The notes beneath the pieces were generated by a model. It had not been told where the DNA came from and made no database searches. It was given only the letters and a program-made list of their open reading frames with translations. The position numbers and the translations under genes were made by a program. Below, one piece after another: positions 58,423-64,000 of a stretch of 64,000 nucleotides of DNA. The stretch comes from a virus: positions 1 to 64,000 of the IMG/VR virus record IMGVR_UViG_3300008113_000014. One strand, 5' to 3'. Position 1 is the first letter of the stretch, and the number at the start of each line of letters is the position of its first letter.

Positions 58423-59158
58423 TAGAGTTATACTTATTTCCGTCCTTGTCTAGCTTCCAGCCTTGCTTAAGCAATTCTTGCCATTCTGCTCTTTCAATTT
58501 CTTGTTTTGCTCTAGTTTCTTTCATTTCTGCAGCCCAGGCATCTCTTAATTCTTGTGGGTATGCATCTTCTTCTCTGTCGTCCCAAAAAGAACCAATTGT
58601 ATATCTAACTCCCTTAGTAATAAGGCTTACCTCGTGCATGTTATTAAATCCACCATCAAAAGCAGCAAGCATTCCAACTTTAGGTTGTAGACTTATCTCT
58701 TGATCTGGGAACTGTAACATTCCACCATCAAAGTCATCGTTCAAATATAAGAATGCTGCATATCTACTTCTTGTAAATGCACCAGAGTGTCCGTGTTCGT
58801 CTGTGTTGTCAGAGTGTTTTCTTGCATACGCTCCTGGCTCCCACTTTTGTGTGTGATAACCAATTTGAGAAATTATTTTTGGATCAAGGTCGTGAACGCT
58901 TGCAACTGCATCAATAATTCCTTGTTTTATTTGTGAAAATATGTCACTTGGCAATCCTTCATTCTTTACATGCTCGTCGTCATCTTGTGGTAAAACAGAA
59001 GAGTATGATTCATAAAAAGATATAGGCATCCAGGTAATCAATTCAAGTTCTGCATGCTTGTCTAAAACTTTTACAAGTTTAGCAGCAGTTTCTGAATCAA
59101 TAAAGTTTTCATAAACAACAATGTCTTTTGTTATTCTAGTTTTATTGGTTAAGTTCAT
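58403..59158 (-). CDS. 2OG-Fe(II) oxygenase, prolyl-hydroxylase-like
   Basis: HSD...YLNDDFDGG...HEV..I..G.R. Confidence 0.88.
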   Translation of the reverse strand: MNLTNKTRITKDIVVYENFIDSETAAKLVKVLDKHAELELITWMPISFYESYSSVLPQDDDEHVKNEGLPSDIFSQIKQGIIDAVASVHDLDPKIISQIGYHTQKWEPGAYARKHSDNTDEHGHSGAFTRSRYAAFLYLNDDFDGGMLQFPDQEISLQPKVGMLAAFDGGFNNMHEVSLITKGVRYTIGSFWDDREEDAYPQELRDAWAAEMKETRAKQEIERAEWQELLKQGWKLDKDGNKYNSNEVPNA

Positions 59159-60027
59159 TTTATTCTCACAGCTCCCTCTATCTCATTTCTTTGTGGGTTG
59201 TCTATTCTAAACTGCTCGTTCAGCTTTGGTTGCATGCTAGACCAAACATCTTTTCCAAATTCTTTTTCTTTCTCATACCATTCATCTGTTCCTTTTTGAT
59301 ATTTTTGCCAATACATTCTTGCTAAAAATTTGTTTTTGTTATAAGACGGCATAACCCCATGTAAGTATGGTTTGTCATCCTCTGTTAAGTAATCTGGGTG
59401 TCCTGATGGAAAAACTAAAAGATCTCCAGCTTCTGGCTTGTACTTAACAAGTTTGTCTCCCATAGCAAAGTCAATTTCTCCACCTTCATAGTCATCATTA
59501 AAATAAATTGTACATGTTATTATAAACTTATATCCTGGAGCAGATCCTTGCTCTCTCATATAGTCTGAATGATATCTCATTCCATGTTGTTCTTCTTCGT
59601 TGCTGATATGATACTTTCCTATTGTTCCACCTGTCCATCTCCAGGTTGGAATAAGATCGCCTGATTCGTCTATGGACAATGACTCTAAATCTACATCAAT
59701 GTTATATTTTTTAATATAGTCTTCTGTAACTAAATGAAAGTTTTTCATCATTTCTATACCAAATTGTTTTTGGTTTTCTTCAATTTCTGTTTTTGTTTCA
59801 ATGCTTTCTAAACCTCCATCTTTATAATCCATAGAAAAAGAAGGTGTCATTGGATTTAAATATTCTCCAAAAATAGACCACTTTGTCCAAGGATTAAAAA
59901 GTCTATCTTCTGACTCTATTAAAGAATCTGTTAAAACCTTATAAGATTTTGAAATATCTTTAAACATGTTTTTATAAACAAGAATATGTGGATATATCTC
60001 TACAGATTCAAGAGCTGGAGTAGTCAT
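59155..60027 (-). CDS. 2OG-Fe(II) oxygenase, prolyl-hydroxylase-like
   Basis: HSD...YFNDDYEGGE...HGV.P.....K. Confidence 0.88.
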   Translation of the reverse strand: MTTPALESVEIYPHILVYKNMFKDISKSYKVLTDSLIESEDRLFNPWTKWSIFGEYLNPMTPSFSMDYKDGGLESIETKTEIEENQKQFGIEMMKNFHLVTEDYIKKYNIDVDLESLSIDESGDLIPTWRWTGGTIGKYHISNEEEQHGMRYHSDYMREQGSAPGYKFIITCTIYFNDDYEGGEIDFAMGDKLVKYKPEAGDLLVFPSGHPDYLTEDDKPYLHGVMPSYNKNKFLARMYWQKYQKGTDEWYEKEKEFGKDVWSSMQPKLNEQFRIDNPQRNEIEGAVRIK

Positions 60028-60702
60028 TTATGGTTTCCTGTCTCCAGTGTGCTCTGTAATTTCCCAGAAAAATGGGCATGTAAATCTTAATCCACTCTTT
60101 ATCTCAGTCACTCCGTGAATATAGTTTTTGTCTCCTGGGAAGAAGTAAGCTGCACCTTTTTTTGGTTTAAACTGTACACCTTGTAGTGGGAAATACAGTT
60201 CTCCTCCCTCATAGTCTTCATTTAAATAGAACAAACTAGATAAATCATAATTAGGAAAATCGTTTGGAAGTCCAGCGTCTGGGCCATCGTGAAGTTCTTT
60301 GTCTGCGTGAGGTTTTTGAAATTGTCCTGGAAGCCACTTTACTATAGTGGTACCTGTAGGGATAACCTTTACTTTGTAAAACTCTTCTACTATTGGTTGT
60401 AGTCTTTGAAATAGTCCAGCAATGACTGGGGAAATGTTTGGATCGTTTTTATCTAGGCTTGGTTGAGTTGCTACTCTATCTTTCCAATAATCAGAATCAT
60501 AAACAACCGTTCCATTTTCATTAACATGACTTTGTGTTACATCCCAAATTGTCAAAGATTTTGCAGATTTTTCTAAAAACTCTATTTCTTCTTGAGTCAT
60601 AAAGTTTTCTAGCTCAACGATCATGTCTTTGCTATCACCAAACCAGCCAGATGGTGTGAGTGAAGCCTTTCTAACTACAACAGAAGCATCCATTTTATCC
60701 AT
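60028..60702 (-). CDS. 2OG-Fe(II) oxygenase, prolyl-hydroxylase-like
   Basis: HAD...YLNEDYEGGE...HGV..I.SG.R. Confidence 0.88.
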   Translation of the reverse strand: MDKMDASVVVRKASLTPSGWFGDSKDMIVELENFMTQEEIEFLEKSAKSLTIWDVTQSHVNENGTVVYDSDYWKDRVATQPSLDKNDPNISPVIAGLFQRLQPIVEEFYKVKVIPTGTTIVKWLPGQFQKPHADKELHDGPDAGLPNDFPNYDLSSLFYLNEDYEGGELYFPLQGVQFKPKKGAAYFFPGDKNYIHGVTEIKSGLRFTCPFFWEITEHTGDRKP

Positions 60703-60704
60703 AA

Positions 60705-61433
60705 TTAGATTATACCATTTCCCTTGTTTGATGTATTATCAGTAACAGAAAGACGTAAAACCTTAGTTTCGTGAGAACCCGTACTTTCACCTTTTTCATT
60801 TACTGCATCTCTATACCAGTCAGTCCATTGTCCAGACTTGTTGATTTCTTGTGCAGCTTCACCATACGACTGATGAGCCATCTGCCTTTTTCTATCTACA
60901 TCTGAATAATCAATTATTTGAATTGATGTATTGTCCATTGCCGTCAAAGAAATTGGAATTATTGTAGCAATTGGGGTTCCTGCTTTTATAGTAATTTCCT
61001 TGTTTGCAGATCTTGCTTTAATTGCTAATGGAAAACCAGTATCAAGCCAAGATGTAGATATTAAAGATGACATTGTTTCAAAATCATCATTAAAGTAATT
61101 AACTGGATTAATTGTAAGCATGCTAACGTTTTGCTCAGATCTAAAAGTTAGGCCAGTATGTAGGCTAACTGTAGACTGCCCTCTTCCAGTATATGTAAAG
61201 TCTGAACCTTCTAGTATAGTTACATTCTCTGAACTTGTATCATTTATACCGTTCCAAATAAACTTAATGTCTTCAGTACATGAAAGACTCCAGCCAACCA
61301 TATTCGCTTGTGTAACTGGAAAACATCTATAGGCATGCTTTTCTGGAGTTACATCCATCCAATCTCTTTTAATTGACATTGGAGAAAGTATGATTTTTGA
61401 ATCTGGAAATCTTTCAGCTGATATATTAAGCAT
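60705..61433 (-). CDS. DUF6065-like protein
   Basis: RDWMD.TP..HAYRCFP...AN..GW and AGTP.A.IIP motifs. Confidence 0.7.
   Translation of the reverse strand: MLNISAERFPDSKIILSPMSIKRDWMDVTPEKHAYRCFPVTQANMVGWSLSCTEDIKFIWNGINDTSSENVTILEGSDFTYTGRGQSTVSLHTGLTFRSEQNVSMLTINPVNYFNDDFETMSSLISTSWLDTGFPLAIKARSANKEITIKAGTPIATIIPISLTAMDNTSIQIIDYSDVDRKRQMAHQSYGEAAQEINKSGQWTDWYRDAVNEKGESTGSHETKVLRLSVTDNTSNKGNGII
60709..60717 (-). promoter_or_regulatory. Extended -10 promoter TGGTATAAT (leaderless) inside the oxygenase block
   Basis: 6 nt before the ATG at 60702. Confidence 0.6.
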
Positions 61434-62089
61434 TAGTCTTTGTCTACCATATACATTTCGTTAGTGTGAAACTTTTTGTTATAATCAAGCATTGTTACAA
61501 TAGAATACTTTGTTCCTGAAATAACTGGCATTGCACGATGAGGATACATGAAGTTTGATGGAAAAATAAATAAATCTCCTGCATCTGCCTTAATGTCTAG
61601 GTTCTGGAGTCTAAAGAAAAGTGAACCGCCTTCATAGTCATCATTTGGGTATGCAACAAGTGACACTGTGCAGTTATAAGAAAAACCATGATCATGGTGT
61701 TCTTGAAAGTGTTGTCCTGGTCCATATTTAATAAAATTAAAAGCTTCCCAATACTTTAAATCCATTATGTTGTAGTCTTTTCTGTAATCATCAACACATG
61801 GAGACTTAACATCATATAGATCTTGCCAAAGCTCTTGTAGTTTTATTGAGTCTGGTGTTTTGTTTTGTTCAATATCAGTTTTCTTATACTTAAAATCTAC
61901 ACAGTCTCTGTAGTCTGGAATTAGCTGCTGGTATCCAACATATGCTGGTTGCCAAGTAAATTGTTCTTTTGAACCTAGTGGCTTTACAACAGATTCAATT
62001 CTGTTTATCACATCAATATCTTTATTAATGACACCTTTATAGCATACAATACCATTACCATAGTTAACCTTTTCTGTCCAAGTTTGCAT
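61433..62089 (-). CDS. 2OG-Fe(II) oxygenase, prolyl-hydroxylase-like
   Basis: HHD...YPNDDYEGG...FPSNFMYPH...PV.SGTKY. Confidence 0.9.
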   Translation of the reverse strand: MQTWTEKVNYGNGIVCYKGVINKDIDVINRIESVVKPLGSKEQFTWQPAYVGYQQLIPDYRDCVDFKYKKTDIEQNKTPDSIKLQELWQDLYDVKSPCVDDYRKDYNIMDLKYWEAFNFIKYGPGQHFQEHHDHGFSYNCTVSLVAYPNDDYEGGSLFFRLQNLDIKADAGDLFIFPSNFMYPHRAMPVISGTKYSIVTMLDYNKKFHTNEMYMVDKD

Positions 62090-62097
62090 TTTTCTCC

Positions 62098-62874
62098 CTA
62101 TTTATATTCTCTTCTAGACCAAACTTTATTTTTATAAATACCGCCGTCTGGTTGGCGATAAAAATTTGCATTGGCTATCATTTTAGCATATATCTTTTCT
62201 TGATTTTGAAACTCTATCTCATGGCTCCAGTTTTCTCTTTTAAATGGTAAAATTTGGACATATGGAGTCCCTGCTGGTATTGTTCCTTCCCAGCCTTCTG
62301 CAATAAAAAATGGAAAGGTACCAAGCAGGTGAACACTGTCATTATCAACAACACCAGTTGTATTAATAAATGGAAGATCAAATCTATTCATAGGTGTCAT
62401 AAATAATGCACTATATCCTTCTGGAAGTTCAAATCCCCAATCTGGATACCAGGCAAAATGATCTTTGTAAAATCCTTTTGGGTGCTCAAACTGTGGCATA
62501 GCAAGTCTTTTTCCACAAAAATCTTGATGTCTTTTATCTTCTATCTTAACATCTATTGATCCTGTCTCAGTTTTAAAAAAAGTAAGGTCACAAGGAGTTC
62601 TTAATACATATCCTGTTGAAAACCCATCCATAATTGCTGGACAAGCTTTCCATGTAGGTATTTTTCCATAGTCATCTGTAGTTCCTTCTTTTGGAAAAGG
62701 ACAAACTTCTTTTGGTGCTTTGTAGTATTCACCAGTTGGCATTTTTGCAAATCTGTCGGCATCTTTATACCATTGTGGTATTTCAGACTGTGTTGTTTTA
62801 GGCACTGATTTACTATCCTTGTTTAACCAAGGCCTAAAAGATCTAAAGATTACTAAATTATCTTTTAGACTCAT
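62098..62874 (-). CDS. DUF6065-like protein
   Basis: PQWYK, K.CPA..D....GY, PEGYS.L...P.N, GVVD.D, AGTP..QI.PFKR. Confidence 0.6.
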   Translation of the reverse strand: MSLKDNLVIFRSFRPWLNKDSKSVPKTTQSEIPQWYKDADRFAKMPTGEYYKAPKEVCPFPKEGTTDDYGKIPTWKACPAIMDGFSTGYVLRTPCDLTFFKTETGSIDVKIEDKRHQDFCGKRLAMPQFEHPKGFYKDHFAWYPDWGFELPEGYSALFMTPMNRFDLPFINTTGVVDNDSVHLLGTFPFFIAEGWEGTIPAGTPYVQILPFKRENWSHEIEFQNQEKIYAKMIANANFYRQPDGGIYKNKVWSRREYK

Positions 62875-63586
62875 GATGATGCCCTAATAAATTAATATCT
62901 GTCATAATTACAACACAATATTTTGTTCCAGATATCATTGGAAGAGATGCATGTTCATATATATAGTTTGATGGGAAAATTGCTATGTCTCCAACTTTTG
63001 GTGTTAGTGTGTATCCATCTAATCTTGGAAATTTAATTTCTCCACCTTCGTAGTCGTCATTTATATATATAACTGCAGAAACTGTAGTATTGTATGCTGG
63101 TCCATGGTCGGCATGAATATTAAAGTGCTTACCCTGTCCCTCATACTTTACAAAATTAAAAGCTTCATAGTATATAACATTTATTCCCCAATATTTTGCA
63201 TAGTCATCTATGCATAGTTTTAATTTTTGATAAATCTCTTCGTGTAAATCAATTAGTTCACCATTAAACTCATCTCGTGGACCAAGATTTTCTTGCTTAT
63301 ATCTAAAATCTACAGCATCTCTTGCTTTTTTTATTGGTGTAGTAGCATTGGTTACTTGTGCTTCTGACCACTTATACTTTCTACCATTAGACAAATTGGA
63401 CTCAAGAATATTGATGTATCTTTTAGAGTCCTCCAAAGAAAACGTATTTCTGTATATATTTAATCCAAGTCCTGGATTTTCTATTACAATATTTTTTTCA
63501 GATATATCTCTATTAACCCTATTTGATACAGTCTCAGATCTATCTTTAGTAAACCATGGGTTTTCATTTTCATCATAAGTGTTCAT
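62858..63586 (-). CDS. 2OG-Fe(II) oxygenase, prolyl-hydroxylase-like
   Basis: HAD...YINDDYEGGE...FPSNYIYEH...P..SGTKY. Confidence 0.9.
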   Translation of the reverse strand: MNTYDENENPWFTKDRSETVSNRVNRDISEKNIVIENPGLGLNIYRNTFSLEDSKRYINILESNLSNGRKYKWSEAQVTNATTPIKKARDAVDFRYKQENLGPRDEFNGELIDLHEEIYQKLKLCIDDYAKYWGINVIYYEAFNFVKYEGQGKHFNIHADHGPAYNTTVSAVIYINDDYEGGEIKFPRLDGYTLTPKVGDIAIFPSNYIYEHASLPMISGTKYCVVIMTDINLLGHHHESKR

Positions 63587-63605
63587 CTTTATCCCCTTTT
63601 TATTT

Positions 63606-63634
63606 ATTATACACTACCTTTATCTTTTTGTAAA
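63606..63634 (-). promoter_or_regulatory. Sigma70-type promoter of the oxygenase block
   Basis: TTTACA-17 nt-TATAAT on minus strand, then AGGGG RBS. Confidence 0.65.
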
Positions 63635-63687
63635 CAAAAACAACCCTTGTTGCAAGTATTTTGCAAGACATGAATGATAGCACTCAT

Positions 63688-63716
63688 AAAACACAAAAGG
63701 CCAAACAATGTTGGCC
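63688..63716 (-). terminator. Probable intrinsic terminator after the PFFP-repeat gene
   Basis: GGCCAA-6 nt-TTGGCC followed by TTTTGTGTTTT on minus strand. Confidence 0.6.
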
Positions 63717-63739
63717 AATTGTATTACTTCTTTTTTATT

Positions 63740-64000
63740 TTACTGTACACCTGGAAGTGTAAAGTATGGGAAGTAAGGGTTATTTGCAGGGAAGTATGGG
63801 AAGTACGGTGGGAAGAATGGGAAGTAAGGGAAGTAAGGGAAGAATGGAGGGAAGAATGGGAAGAACGGGAAGTAAGGGAAGAAAGGTGGGAAGAACGGGA
63901 AGTATGGGAAGAACGGGAAGAAAGGTGGGAAGAACGGGAAGAATGGGAAGAACGGAAAGAAAGGTGGGAAAAATGGTGGGAAGAATGGGAAGAACGGTGG
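63740..64000 (-). CDS. 3' end of a gene encoding a Pro/Phe/Tyr-only repeat (start outside window; not in ORF track)
   Basis: Manual translation ...PPFFPFFPPFFPPFFPFFPFFPFFPPFFPFFPYFPFFPPFFPYFPFFPFFPPFFPYFPYFPFFPPYFPYFPANNPYFPYFTLPGVQ-stop; synonymous variation in Pro codons. Confidence 0.85.
   Translation of the reverse strand, partial: PPFFPFFPPFFPPFFPFFPFFPFFPPFFPFFPYFPFFPPFFPYFPFFPFFPPFFPYFPYFPFFPPYFPYFPANNPYFPYFTLPGVQ

Noticed and set aside
63760-64000. Possible CRISPR array, telomere-like or non-coding satellite
   Set aside because: No unique spacers; units are multiples of 3 nt with synonymous third-position variation, so it is a coding repeat
1-64000. tRNA genes, integrase or transposase
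   Set aside because: None recognised; intergenic gaps are short and lack cloverleaf signatures by eye (tRNAscan not run)

Overview
This is a 64-kb segment of a low-GC, long-tailed dsDNA phage genome, almost entirely on the minus strand. Gene content, extended -10 promoters, several apparently leaderless starts and a host-like secreted protein point to a freshwater actinobacterial host (inference). In transcription order (high to low coordinates) it carries: the 3' end of a gene encoding a long Pro/Phe/Tyr-only (PFFP/PYFP) repeat; a block of eight prolyl-hydroxylase-like 2OG-Fe(II) oxygenases, two DUF6065-like proteins and an SDR; a divergently oriented lytic transglycosylase; fibre and structural genes; a class II ribonucleotide reductase; portal, protease/scaffold, capsid, neck and tail genes; a 2985-aa tape measure protein; tail-tip and FN3 fibre genes; a replication/recombination module (DnaB, primase, SSB, DnaE, MazG, RecA, Cas4-like, RuvC); the terminase; and a truncated secreted protein. 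The best candidate for an undescribed system is a putative post-translational modification pathway. Two proteins 48 kb apart end in PFFP repeats capped by the same tag, PYFPYFT[IL]PG[AV][EQ]-stop, and one of them lies directly beside the oxygenase block. Other notable points: enzyme-like cargo cassettes (kinase-like, zincin) in the tape measure protein, an apparent deletion at the SSB/DnaE junction, and a duplicated rather than frameshifted tail chaperone. All functional calls come from motif reading; no database search was run.
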